This document shows positions 1-13,819 of a stretch of 64,000 nucleotides of DNA, piece by piece. The position numbers and the translations under genes are program-made. Below the pieces are notes generated by a model, which saw nothing but the letters and a program-made list of their open reading frames with translations, was not told the DNA's origin and did no database searches. Every line of letters begins with the position of its first letter. Positions within the stretch are counted from its first letter, which is position 1. Source of the DNA: Eledone cirrhosa (taxonomy: Eukaryota); contig OZ024744.1 in the NCBI GenBank assembly GCA_964016885.1, forward strand, positions 115,072,001-115,136,000, written 5' to 3'.

Positions 1-363
1 TTGGTGTCATGATAAAATACACCCAGTACACTCTGTAAAGTGGTAGTGTTGGTGTCATGATAAAATACACCCAGTACACTCTGTAAAGTGGTAGTGCTGG
101 TGTCATGATAAAATACACCCAGTACACTCTGTTATGTGGTAGTGTTGGTGTCATGATAAAATACTCCCAGTACACTCTGTAAAGAGGTAGTGTTGGTGTC
201 ATGATAAAATACACCCAGTACACTCTGTAAAGTGGTAGTGTTGGTGTCATGATAAAATACATCCAGTACACTCTGTAAAGAGGTAGTGTTGGTGTCATGA
301 TAAAATACACCCAGTACACTCTGTAAAGTGGTAGTGTTGGTGTCATGATAAAATACACCCAGT
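1..363. repeat. 48-bp minisatellite (runs off window start), inverted relative of the 672-6720 array
   Basis: Unit ttggtgtcatgataaaatacacccagtacactctgtaaagtggtagtg, about 7.5 copies; its reverse complement aligns to the next array's unit. Confidence 0.95.
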
Positions 364-560
364 CGAGGTGGCATTGTTGTTGTTGTTGTGGTAGTGAGTG
401 GTGGCAGCAGCAGTGGTGGGGTAAGGAGGTCAATGAAAATTATGGTAGGGATGATGATGATATTGATGATGATTTACTAAAATAAATATAATATTTGTGG
501 TAAAAGTACTTTGTTAGTTGATGAGGTATCATTAAAATGTGTCCCTAATCACTATTTCAG

Positions 561-630
561 CACTTGTAGAACAACTGAGAGATTCTGAGGGAAACCTTCG
601 CCATGAAGTTGATTCATTGAAGAAAGAAAG
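561..630 (+). CDS. LEKR1: LEKR1-like coiled-coil protein, internal exon A (first exon in window; upstream exons lie outside)
   Basis: Acceptor tatttcAG|561, donor 630|GTaggg. 2 nt + LVEQLRDSEGNLRHEVDSLKKE + 2 nt; the phase-2 end joins exon B in frame. Confidence 0.8.
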
Positions 631-671
631 GTAGGGGTCTCCAGATTTTAACATTGTCTCTAGTGTACACA

Positions 672-3600
672 ACCCCTTTATAGTCAGTAGTGGGTAGTAA
701 TTTATGTCATGACACCTACATGACCCCTTTATAGTCAGTACTGGGTAATTTATGTCATGACACCTACATGACCCCTTTATAGTCAGTAATGGGTAATTTA
801 TGTCATGACACCTACATGACCCCTTTATAGTCAGTACTGGGTAATTTATGTCATGACACCTACATGACCCCTTTATAGTCAGTAATGGGTAATTTATGTC
901 ATGACACCTACATGACCCCTTTATAGTCAGTACTGGGTAATTTATGTCATGACACCTACATGACCACTTTATGGTCAGTACTGGGTAATTTATGTCATGA
1001 CACCTACATGACCACTTTACAGTGTGTACTGGGTACTTTTTGTTGTGACACCTACATGACCACTTTACAGTGTGTACTGGGTACTTTTTGTTGTGACACC
1101 TACATGACCACTTTACAGTGTGTACTGGGTACTTTTTGTTGTGACACCTACATGACCACTTTACAGTGTGTACTGGGTACTTTTTGTTGTGACACCTTCA
1201 TGACCACTTTAAAGTGTGTACTGGGTACTTTTTGTCATGACACCTACATGACCATTTTACAGTGTGTACTGGGTACTTTTTGTTGTGACACCTACATGAC
1301 CACTTTACAAAGTGTACTCGGTACTTTTTGTTGTGACACCTACGTGACCACTTTACAGTGTGTACTGGGTACTTTTTGTTGTGACACCTAAATGACCAAT
1401 TTACAGTGTGGACTGGGTACTTTTTGATGTGACAGCCATATGACCACTTTACAGTGTGGACTGGGTACTTTTTGTGGTGACACCTACTAGACCACTTTAC
1501 TGTGTCGACTGGGTGCTTTTCGTTGTGACATCTACAAGACCACTTTACAGTGTGTACTGGGTACATTTTGTGATACCTACATGATCACTTTACAGTGTGT
1601 ACTGGGTACTTTTTTGTTGTGACACCTACATGACCACTTCACAGTGTGTACTGGGTACTTTTGTGATACCTACATGACCACTTTACAGTGCATACTGGGT
1701 ACTTTTTGTCATGACACCTACATGACCACTTTACAGTGTGTACTCGGTACTTTTTGTTGTGACACCTACATGACCACTTTACAGTGTGTACAGGGTACTT
1801 TTTGTTGTGACACCTACATGACTACCTTACAGTGTGTACTGGTTACTTTTTGTTGTGACACCTACATGACTACCTTACAGAGAGAACTGGGTACTTTTTG
1901 TTGTGACACCTACATGACCACATTACAGTGTGTACTGGGTAATTTTTGTTGTGACACCTACATGACCACTTTACCGTATGTACTGAGTACCTTTTGTTGT
2001 TATACCTACAAGACTACCTTACAGTGTGCACTGGGTACGTTTTGTTGTGACACCCACAAGACCAGTTTACCATGTGTACAGGGTATTTTTTGTGGTGACA
2101 CCTACATGATCACTTTACAGTGTGTACTGGGTACTTTTTCTTGTAACACCCACATGTACACTTTACAGTGTGTACTGGGTACTTTTTGTTGTGACACATA
2201 CATGACCACATTACAGTATGTACAGGGTACTTCTTGTTATGACACCTACATGACCACTTTACAGTATGTACTGGGTACTTTTTGTTGTGGCAACTATGTG
2301 ACCACTTTACAGTGTGTACTGGGTACTTTTTATTGTGACACCAACATGACCACTTTACAGTGTGTACTGAGTACTTTTTGTTGTGACACCTACATGACCA
2401 CTTTACAGTATGTACTGGGTACTTTTTATTGTGACACCTACATGACCGCTTTACAGTGTGTACTGGGTACTTTTAATTGTGACACCAACATGACCACTTT
2501 ACAGTGTGAACTGGGTACTTTTTGTTGTGACACCTACATGACCACTTTACAGTGTGTACTGGGTACTTATTATTGTGACACCAACATGACCACTTTACAG
2601 TGTGTACTGGGTACTTTTTGTTGTGACACCTACATGACAACTTTACAGTGTGTACTGGGTACTTTTTGTTGTGACACATACATGACCACTTTACAGTGTG
2701 TACTCGGTACTTTTTGTTGTGACACCTACATGACCACTTTACAGTGTGTACAGGGTACTTTTTGTTGTGACACCTACATGACTACCTTACAGTGTGTACT
2801 GGTTACTTTTTGTTGTGACACCTACATGACTACCTTACAGAGAGAACTGGGTACTTTTTGTTGTGACACCTACATGACCACATTACAGTGTGTACTGGGT
2901 AATTTTTGTTGTGACACCTACATGACCACTTTATCGTATGTACTGAGTACCTTTTGTTGTTATACCTACAAGACTACCTTACAGTGTGCACTGGGTACGT
3001 TTTGTTGTGACACCCACAAGACCAGTTTACCATGTGTACAGGGTATTTTTTGTGGTGACACCTACATGATCACTTTACAGTGTGTACTGGGTACTTTTTC
3101 TTGTAACACCCACATGTACACTTTACAGTGTGTACTGGGTACTTTTTGTTGTGACACATACATGACCACATTACAGTATGTACAGGGTACTTCTTGTTAT
3201 GACACCTACATGACCACTTTACAGTATGTACTGGGTACTTTTTGTTGTGGCAACTATGTGACCACTGTACAGTGTGTACTGGGTACTTTTTATTGTGACA
3301 CCAACATGACCACCTTACAGTGTGTACTGAGTACTTTTTGTTGTGACACCAACATGACCACTTTACAGTGTGTACTGGGTACTTTTTGTTGTGACACCTA
3401 CATGACCACTTTACAGTGTGTACTGGGTACTTATTATTGTGACACCAACATGACCACTTTACAGTGTGTACTGGGTACTTTTTGTTGTGACACCTACATG
3501 ACAACTTTACAGTGTGTACTGGGTACTTTTTGTTGTGACACATACATGACCACTTTACAGTGTGTACTGGGTACTTTTTATTGTGACCTCAACATGACCA

Positions 3601-6600
3601 CTTTACAGTGTGTACTGGGTACTTTTTGTTGTGACACCTACACAACCACTTTACAGTGTAGACATGGTACTTTTGTCATGACACCTACATGACCACTTTA
3701 CAGTGTGTACTGGGTACTTTTGTGATACCTACATGACCACTTTACAGTGCATACTGGGTACTTTTTGTCATGACACCTACATGACCACTTTACAGTGTGT
3801 ACTGGGTACCTTTTGTTGTGATACCTACATGACCACTTTACAGTGTCTACTGACTACTCTTTGTGGTGACACCTACAAGACTACCTTACAGTGTGTACTG
3901 GGTACTTTTTCTGTGACACCTACATGACTACCTTACAGTGTGAACTGGGTAATTTTTGTCATGATACCTACATGACCACTTTACAGTATTTACTCGGTAC
4001 ATTTTGTTATGACACCTACATAAAACTTTACAATGTGGACCGGGTATTTTTTGTCATGACACATACGCAACTATGTTACAGTGTGTAAGGGGTACTTTTT
4101 GTTGTGACCCCTACATGACCACATTACAGTATGTACAGGGTAATATTTGTGGTGACACCTACATTACTACTTTACAGTGTGTACCGGGTACCTTTTCTTG
4201 TGACAACTACATGACCACTTTATAGTGTGTACTGGGTACTTTTTGTTGTGACACCTACATGACCACTTTACAGTGTGTACTGGGTAATTTTTCTTGTGAT
4301 GCCTAAATGACCACATTACAATGTGTACTGGGTACTCTTTGTTGTGACACCTACATGACCACTTTACAGTGTGTACTGGGTACTCTTTCTTGTGACACCT
4401 ACATGACCACATTACAGTGTGTATTGGGTACTTTTTGTTGTGACACCTACATGACCACTTTACAGTGTATACTGGGTACTTTTTGTTGTGACACCTACAT
4501 GACCACTTTACAGTGTGGATTGGGTACTGCTTTTTATGACACCTATATGACCATGTTACAGTGTGTACTGGGTACTTCTTGTTATGACACCTATATGACC
4601 ACTTTACAGTGTGTACAGGGTACTTTTTATTGTGACCCCAACATGACCACTTTACAGTGTGTACTGGGTACCTTTTGTTGTGACACCTACATGACCACTT
4701 TACAGTGTGTACTGGGTACTTTTTGTTGTGACATCTACATGACCACTTTACAGTGTGTACAGGGTTCTTTTGTTTGTGACATCTACATGACTACTTTACA
4801 GTGTGTACTGGGTACGTTTTGTTGTGACACTCACATGACCACTTTACAATGTGTAATGGGTTCTTATTGTTGTGACACCTACACAACCACTTTACAGTGT
4901 GGACTTGGTACTTTTGTCATGACCCCTACATGACCACTTTACAGTGTGTACTGGGTACTTTTTGTTGTGACACCTACATGACCACTTTACAGTGTGGACT
5001 GGGTTCTTTTGTTTGTGACATCTACATGACTACTTTACAGTGTGTATTGGGTACTTTTTGTTGTGACACCTACATGACCACTTTCCAGTGTTTACTGGGT
5101 ACTTTTGTCGTGACACCTACATGACCATGTTACAGTGTGTACTGGGTACTTTTTGTTGTGACACCTACATGACCACTTTACAGTGTGTACTGGGTTCTTT
5201 TTTGTTGTGACACCTACATGACAACTTTACAGTGCGTACAGGGTACTTTTTATTGTGACCCCAACATGACCACTTTACAGTGTGTACTGGGTACTTTTTG
5301 TTGTGACATCTACATGAGCACTTTACAATGTGTAATAGGTTCTTATTGTTGTGACACCTACACAACCACTTTACAGTGTGTACTGGGTACTTTTGTCATG
5401 ACACCTACATAACCACTTTACAGTGTGTACTGGGTACCTTTTGTTGTGACACCTACATGACCACATTACAGTGTGCACTGGGTACCTTTTGTTGTGATAC
5501 CTACATGACCACTTTACAGTGTGTACTGACTACTCTTTGTTGTGACACCTACAAGACTACCTTACAGTGTGTACTGGGTATTTTTTCTGTGACACCTACA
5601 TGACTACCTTACAGTGTGAACTGGGTAATTTTTGTCATGATACCTACATGACCACTTTACAGTATTTACTCGGTACTTTTTGTTATGACACCTACATAAA
5701 ACTTTACAATGTGGACCGGGTATTTTTTGTCATGACACATACGCAACTATGTTACAGTGTGTAAGGGGTACTTTTTGTTGTGACCCCTACATGACCACAT
5801 TAGAGTATGTACAGGGTAATATTTGTGGTGACACCTTCATTACTACTTTACAGTGTGTACCGGGTACCTTTTCTTGTGACAACTACATGACCACTTTACA
5901 GTGTGTACTGGGTAATTTTTCTTGTGATGCCTACATGACCACTTTGCAGTGTGTAGTGCGTACTTTTTGTTGTGACACCTAAATGACCACATTACAATGT
6001 GTACTGGGTACTCTTTGTTGTGACACCTACATGACCACATTACAGTGTGTACTGGGTACTTTTTGTTGTGACACCTACATGACCACTTTATAGTGTGGAC
6101 TGGCTATTTTTGTTGTGACACCTACATGACCACTTTACAGTGTGTACTGGGTACTACTTTTTATGACACCTACATGACCACTTTACAGTGTGTACAGGGT
6201 ACTTTTTATTGTGACCCCAACATGACCACTTTACAGCGTGTACTGGGTACTTTTTGTTGTGACACCTACATGAACACTTTACAATGTGTAATGGGTTCTT
6301 ATTGTTGTGACACCTACGCAACCACTTTACAGTGTGGACATGGTACTTTTGTCATGACACCTACATGACCACTTTACAGTGTGGACTGGGTTCTTTTGTT
6401 TGTGACATCTACATGACTACTTTACAGTGTGTACTGGGTACTTTTTGTTGTGACACCTACATGACCACTTTACAGTGTGTACTGGGTACTTTTTGTTGTG
6501 ACACCCACATGACCACATTACAGTGTGTACTGGGTACTTTTTGTTGTGTCACCTACATGACCACTTTACAATGTTTACTGGGTACTTTTTGTTGTGACAC

Positions 6601-6720
6601 CTACATGACCACTTTACAGTGTGGGCTGGGTACTTTTTGATGTGACACCCACATGACCACATTACAGTGTGGACTGGGTACTTTTTGTTGACACCTACAT
6701 GACCACTTTACAGTGGGGAC
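672..6720. repeat. 48-bp satellite (~125 units) in intron A-B, with higher-order duplications
   Basis: Consensus gaccactttacagtgtgtactgggtactttttgttgtgacacctacat. Variant sub-array at 672-1000; 960-bp block duplication (1741 vs 2701); about 1676-bp duplication (3891 vs 5567). Confidence 0.97.
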
Positions 6721-6948
6721 TGACCTCACTCACTTCCTCTGCTATTTTCCCCCAAATATTTTCGTTTTCCTTTTTTTTTTTTTACTCTGTCTTTCTATTT
6801 CTTTTTCTTTATATCTCATTCCATCTTCTGATGAAGGAAAAGTGTCTGAAATGTTAAGCATTTTTTCCTACTCTATGAAGCGTTAAACTAAAATATATCT
6901 GCATTGTACTGTGTTGTTTAACTCCTAATATTCTTGTTAATATAACAG

Positions 6949-7042
6949 AGACATGACCACCTCAGCTCATCAAGACCAGATTCTGCAATTAAAAAACAGT
7001 TTTAGACAGAAAATGGAAGAATTTGAAAAGAGTCCACTTAAG
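6949..7042 (+). CDS. LEKR1: LEKR1-like exon B
   Basis: taacAG|6949 ... aag|GTaatt. Encodes (R)DMTTSAHQDQILQLKNSFRQKMEEFEKSPLK; phase 2 in, phase 0 out. Confidence 0.85.
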
Positions 7043-7214
7043 GTAATTTGAACAACAGTGACACCAATAACAAATACTCTAACGCCATTTTCCCTGCCAA
7101 GCTTTGCCAACCCTGTAACAAATTTCTCCATTGACAGCATCTCAACTCACCAACATTTCCTCCTCCATCGTTAGTCATTTCTTCTTTGGTCCTCCCTTTC
7201 CCTTCCTGCCAGCA

Positions 7215-7610
7215 TCCTACCATCTCATTCTATTTCTCTTCACAACATCCATCACTACCTCTATTCCTCTCACCCAGTCACTTTCATCCTTCCTCAACAC
7301 ATGACCCAACCATCTCATTCTATTTCTCTTCACAACATTTATCACTGGCTATATTCCTCTCACCCAGTTATTTCATCCTTCCTCAACACATGACCCAACC
7401 ATCTCATTCTATTTCTCTTCACAACATTTATCACTGGCTCTATTCCTCTCACCCAGTCACTTTCATCCTTCCTCAACACATGACCCAACCATCTCATTCT
7501 ATTTCTCTTCACAACATTTATCACTGACTATATTCCTCTCACCCAGTTATTTCATCCTTCCTCAACATATGACCCAACCATCTCATTCTATTTCTCTACA
7601 TAACATTCAT
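7215..7610. repeat. 89/90-bp pyrimidine-rich minisatellite (~4.5 units)
   Basis: atgacccaaccatctcattc recurs at 7301, 7390, 7480 and 7569. Confidence 0.9.
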
Positions 7611-7759
7611 TACTAACCCTTGCTGTACTATTCATAATTTATCATCAGAACTTTGTTATGTTATGTTTCAAGCAGAAACTTAATAATGAGAAAATTAGTT
7701 ATATGATAAAATCGCTCCAAGTCCACAGTTATTTAAAATCCATGTTTACAACCAATGAA

Positions 7760-10700
7760 CACTGTCTTAAATTAGAAATATAGCAGTGAAAGTGTTAAAC
7801 AGTGTCTTTCATTAGAAATATGGTAGTGAAAGTGTTAAACAGAGTCTTACATTAGAAATATAGCAGTGAAAGTGTTAAACAGTGTGTTACATTAGAAATA
7901 TGGTAGTGAAAGTGTTAAACAGTGTCTCAAATTAGAAATATAGCAGTGAAAGTGTTAAACAGTGTGTTACATTAGAAATATGGTAGTGAAAGTGTTAAAC
8001 AGTGTCTCAAATTAGAAATATAGCAGTGAAAGTGTTAAACAGTGTGTTACATTAGAAATATGGTAGTGAAAGTGTTAAACAGTGTCTTAAATTAGAAATA
8101 TAGCAGTGAAAGTGTTAAACAGTGTGTTACATTAGAAATATGGTAGTGAAAGTGTTAAACAGTGTCTTAAATTAGAAATATAGCAGTGAAAGTGTTAAAC
8201 AGTGTGTTACATTAGAAATATGGTAGTGAAAGTGTTAAACAGTGTCTTAAATTAGAAATATAGCAGTGAAAGTGTTAAACAGTGTGTTACATTAAAAATA
8301 TGGTAGTGAAAGTGTTAAACAGTGTTTTACATTCGAAATATGGCAGTGAAAATTTTAAGCAGTGTCTTACATTAGAAACATGGTAGTGAAAGTGTTAATC
8401 AGTGTCTGTTATCAGAGATATTGTAGTGAAAGTGTTACACAGTGTCTTACATTAGAAATGTGGTAGTGAAAGTGTTAAACAGTGTCTTACATTAGAAATA
8501 TGGCAGTGAAAGTGTTACACAGTGTCTTACATTAGAAATATGGCAGTGAAAATGATAAACAGTGTCTTACATTAGAAATTTGGTAGTGAAAGTGTTAAAC
8601 AGTGTCTTTCATTAGAAATATGGTAGTGAAAGTGTTAAACTCTGTCTTATATTAGAAATATAGCAGTGAAAGTGTTAAACAGTGTCTTTATTAGAAATAT
8701 GGCAGTGAAAGTGTTAAACTGTGTCTTACATTAGAAATATGGCAGTGAAAGTGTTAAACAATGTCTTACAATAGAAATATGACAGTGAAAGTTTTATACA
8801 GTGTTTTACATTCGAAATATGGCAGTGAAAGTGTTAATTAGTGTCTGTTATCAGAGATATTGTTGTGAAAGTGTTACACAGTGTCTTACATTAGAAATGT
8901 GGTAGTGAAAGTGTTAAACAGTGTCTTACATTAGAAATATGGTAGTGAAAGTGTTACACAGTGTCTTACATTAGAAATATGGCAGTGAAAATGTTCAAAA
9001 GTGTCTTACATTAGAAATATGGCAGTGAAAGTGTTACACAGTGTCTTACATTAGAAATATGGTAGTGAATATGTTAAACAGTGTCTTACATTAGAAATTT
9101 GGTAGTGAAAGTGTTAAACAGTGTCTTAAATTAAAAATATGGTAGTGAAAGTGTTAAACAGTGTCTTACATTAGAAATATGGTAGTGAAAGTGTTAAACA
9201 GTGTCTTTCATTAGAAATATGTTAGTGAAAGTGTTAAAATCTGTCTTATATTAGAAATATAGCAGTGAAAGTGTTAAACAGTGTCATGATTAGAAATATG
9301 GTAGTGAAAGTGTTAAACAGTGTCTTACATTAGAAATATGGCAGTGAAAGTGTTAAACAGTGTCTTACATTAGAAATATGGCAGTGAAAGTGTTAAACAG
9401 TGTTTTACATTCGAAATATGGTAGTGAAAGTGTTAATCAGTGTCTTTTATCAGAGATATGGTAGTGAAAGTGTTACACTTACATTAGAGATATGCTAGTG
9501 AAAGTGTTACACAGTGTCTTACATTAGAAATATGGCAGGGAAAGTGTTCAAAAGTGTCTTACATTAGAAATATGGCAGTGAAAGCGTTACACAGTGTCTT
9601 ACATTAGAAATATGGTAGTGAAAATGTTAAACAGTGTCTTACATTAGAAATTTGGTAGTGAAAGTGTTAAACAGTGTCTTAAATTAGAAATATGGTAGTG
9701 AAAGTGTTAAACAGTGTCTTACATTAGAAATATGGTAGTGAAAGTGTTAAACAGTGTCTTTCATTAGAAATATGGTAGTGAAAGTGTTAAACATTGTCTT
9801 TCATTAGAAATATGGTAGTGAAAGTGTTACACAGTGTCTTACCTTAGAAATATGGTAGTGAAAGTGTTAAACAGTGACTTACATTAGAAATATGGCAGTG
9901 AAAGTGTTACACAGTGTCTTACATTATAAATATGGTAGTGAAAGTGTTAAACAGTGTCTTACATTAGAAATATGGTAGTGAAAGTGTTAAACAGTGTCTT
10001 ACTTTAGAAATATGGCAGTGAAAGTGTTACAGTGTCTTACATTAGAAATATGGTAATGAAAATGTTAAACAGTGTCTTACATTAGAAATTTGGTAGTGAA
10101 AGTGTTAAACAGTGTCTTTCATTAGAAATATGGTAGTGAAAGTGTTAAACAGTATCTTTCATTAGAAATATGGTAGTGAAAGTGTTAAACAGTGTCTTAC
10201 ATTAGAAATATGGCAGTGAAAGTGTTAAACAGTGTCTTACATTAGAAATATGGCAGTGAAAGTGTTAAACAGTGTTTTACATTCGAAATATGGTAGTGAA
10301 AGTGTTAATCAGTGTCTTTTATCAGAGATATGGTAGTGAAAGTGTTACACTTACATTAGAGATATGCTAGTGAAAGTGTTACACAGTGTCTTACATTAGA
10401 AATATGGCAGGGAAAGTGTTCAAAAGTGTCTTACATTAGAAATATGGCAGTGAAAGCGTTACACAGTGTCTTACATTAGAAATATGGTAGTGAAAATGTT
10501 AAACAGTGTCTTACATTAGAAATATGGTAGTGAAAGTGTTAAACAGTGTCTTTCATTAGAAATATGGTAGTGAAAGTGTTAAACATTGTCTTTCATTAGA
10601 AATATGGTAGTGAAAGTGTTAACCATTGTCTTACCTTAGAAATATGGTAGTGAAAGTGTTAAACAGTGACTTACATTAGAAATATGGCAGTGAAAGTGTT

Positions 10701-12480
10701 ACACAGTGTCTTACATTATAAATATGGTAGTGAAAGTGTTAAACAGTGTCTTACATTAGAAATATGGTAGTGAAAGTGTTAAACAGTGTCTTACTTTAGA
10801 AATATGGCAGTGAAAGTGTTACAGTGTCTTACATTAGAAATATGGTAATGAAAATGTTAAACAGTGTCTTACATTAGAAATTTGGTAGTGAAAGTGTTAA
10901 ACAGTGTCTTTCATTAGAAATATGGTAGTGAAAGTGTTAAACAGTGTCTTTCATTAGAAATATGGTAGTGAAAGTGTTAAACAGTGGCTTACATTAGAAA
11001 TATGGCAGTGAAAGTGTTAAACAGTGTCTTTTATTAGAAATATGGTAGTGAAAGTGTTAAACAGTGTCTTACATTAGAAATATGGTAGTGAAAGTGTTAA
11101 ACAGTGTCTTACATTAGAGATATGCTAGTGAAAGTGTTAAACAGTGTCTTTCATTAGAAATATGGTAGTGAAAGTGTTAAACAGTGGCTTACATTAGAAA
11201 TATGGTAGTGAAAGTGTTAAACAGTGTCTTTTATTAGAAATATGGTAGTGAAAGTGTTAAACAGTGTCTTACATTAGAAATATGGTAGTGAAAGTGTTAA
11301 ACAGTGTCTTACATTAGAGATATGCTAGTGAAAGTGTTAAACAGTGTCTTTCATTAGAAATATGGTAGTGAAAGTGTTAAACAGTGGCTTACATTAGAAA
11401 TATGGTAGTGAAAGTGTTAAACAGTGTCTTTTATTAGAAATATGGTAGTGAAAGTGTTAAACAGTGTCTTACATTAGAAATATGGTAGTGAAAGTGTTAA
11501 ACAGTGTCTTTCATTAGAAATATGGTAGTGAAAGTGTTAAACAGTGGCTTACATTAGAAATATGGTAGTGAAAGTGTTCAACAGTGTCTTACATTAGAAA
11601 TATGGTAGTGAAAGTGTTAAACAGTGTCTTTCATTAGAAATATGGTAGTGAAAGTGTTAAACAGTGTCTTTCGTTAGCAATATGATAATGAAAGTGTTAA
11701 CCAGTGTCTTTTATTAGAAATATGGCAGTGAAAGTGTTAAACAGTGTCTTTAATTAGAAATTTGATGATGAAAATGTTAAACATTAGAACTATGGTAGTG
11801 AAAGTGTTAAACAGTGTCTTTCATTAGAAATATGGTACTGAAAGTGTTAAACAGTGTCTTTCATTAAACAGTGTCTTTAATTAGAAATATGATGTTGAAA
11901 ATGTTAAATGTTATGGTAGTGAAAGTGTTAAATGTGTCTTTCATTAGAAATATGGCAGTGAAAGTGTTAAACAGTGTATTTCATGAGAAATATGGTAGTG
12001 AAAGTGTTAAACAGTGTCTTTCAGTAGAGGTATGCTAGTGAAAGTATTAAACAGTGTCTTTCATTAGAAATATGGTAGTGAAAGTGTTAAAAAGTATCTT
12101 TTATTAGAAATATGGTAGTGAAAGTGTTAAACTGTGTCTTTCATTAGAAATATGGCAGTGAAAGTGTTAAACAGTGTCTTTCATTAGAAATATGGCAGTG
12201 AAAGTATTAAACAGTGTCTTTCATTAAAAATATGGTAGTGAAAGTGTTAAACAGTGTCTTTCATCAGAAATATGGCAGTGAAAGTGTTAAACAGTGTCTT
12301 TCATTAGAAATATGGCAGTGAAAGTGTTAAACAGTGTCTTTCATTAGAAATATGGCAGTGAAAGTGTTAAACAGTGTCTTTTATTAGAAATATGGTAGTG
12401 AAAGTGTTAAACTGTGTCTTTTAGAAATATAGTAGTGAAAGTGTTAAACAGTGTCTTTTACTATAGATATGTTTGTGAAA
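7760..12480. repeat. 40-bp satellite (~115 units) in intron B-C
   Basis: Unit acagtgtcttacattagaaatatggtagtgaaagtgttaa. 80-bp dimer periodicity at 7850-8290; about 0.8-0.87 kb block duplication (9471 vs 10343). Confidence 0.97.
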
Positions 12481-12534
12481 GTGGTTATATCACTGTAAGG
12501 CTAATGAAAATTCTAATAATTATTTTCTTTCCAG

Positions 12535-12621
12535 ATGGAAACAGTTTTACAAAAAGAAAGAAACCACCACATTGTTGAAATTGAGAAACTCAAACAAGAA
12601 ATGACAGAAAGTTTTCATATG
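12535..12621 (+). CDS. LEKR1: LEKR1-like exon C
   Basis: ttttctttccAG|12535 ... atg|GTatat. Encodes METVLQKERNHHIVEIEKLKQEMTESFHM, 87 nt, phase 0/0. Confidence 0.85.
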
Positions 12622-12959
12622 GTATATATCATATAGTGATTTCCTTATATTTGAAACCTTATGATGATGATCATCATCACTGTTTAATGTCCATTTTTAC
12701 ACGCTGTTGTGACAATGTCTTGCTCATACAGAACTGATTCTGGCTTGGTCTCTACATCAAGCTCATTTACATTATGGTCTGAGCTCTTTCTATCATGACA
12801 CCAAAATGAGCAGTGATATATATATATATATATATGTGGACATCTGTAGACATTTTCTAAGTATAATCTAATTCACGAGACACTTGCACGCACATGCATG
12901 TGTATGGGGGAAATATATTTATATTTGTATACGCGTGCATGCGTGCGCGCATACACATG

Positions 12960-12963
12960 CGTG

Positions 12964-12994
<31 letters not shown>

Positions 12995-13119
12995 GTTTGT
13001 ATACATACACAGATTCTCATCTATATTAAAACTTTCATGCTCTGCGGTGTACTGAGTGCCTTGCTTACTGTGGCTGCCTCCGATTCAACCCGGAATAACG
13101 TGTGTGTGTATGCGTGTGT

Positions 13120-13162
<43 letters not shown>
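12960..13162. repeat. (TG)n microsatellite cluster
   Basis: TG runs at 12960-12990 and 13098-13162. Confidence 0.9.
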
Positions 13163-13164
<2 letters not shown>

Positions 13165-13819
13165 TTTATGTTTTTTCGTGTATGTATGGTTGTATGTGTA
13201 GTCTTATTTTATTTTTCCTTTCCTTCTTCCTTCTCCAGCCTCACTTTCATATAGCTTGCTTTTTTTGTTTTTTTAAGATCCAAATTCAATAAACAAACCA
13301 GGATTTTTTCATTCTGAGGATTGAAAGCAAAATCTTTTGCTTTTAAGAAACCACTGGTAAATGGAATAATTGCCTTATGTTGTTTATTACATAATAATAT
13401 ATATATATATATATATATAGTACTCCATGCTGCCAATAAAAACATACGCTCCTGTTGGTTTTTCCCTTCAATTTATTATAAATTTCCACTTGGCTGATCG
13501 GTTGGTTGGTTCGATAACCAGAAGGTTGTTTATATATTGTCAAAGCTCTTTCATCACACATTCTGTGACCTCCTCAATGACTAGGATTTTATTTTGTGTC
13601 TCTCCTTTGTTCTGTCCTACACCATTTTGTTGTGTATTGTGTGCTTAGTTTGCACATGCGTTACATCTGGGTGTGTGTTTTTATTTATTTATTTGTGTGT
13701 TTATTTATTTATCACTAGTTAGTTGTTTGTTCTATCTGTATGTGTCTGATTTGTTTTGTTAGTTTGGTTTTTGTGTGTGTCTGTATGTCTTCATTTTGTC
13801 CTTAATTACTAGTTGTGAT

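Noticed and set aside
960-6640. Long Cys/Thr-rich ORFs (e.g. 682 aa at 1644-3692)
   Set aside because: They are translations of a 48-bp (multiple of 3) intronic satellite, with frequent frame breaks and no gene signals.
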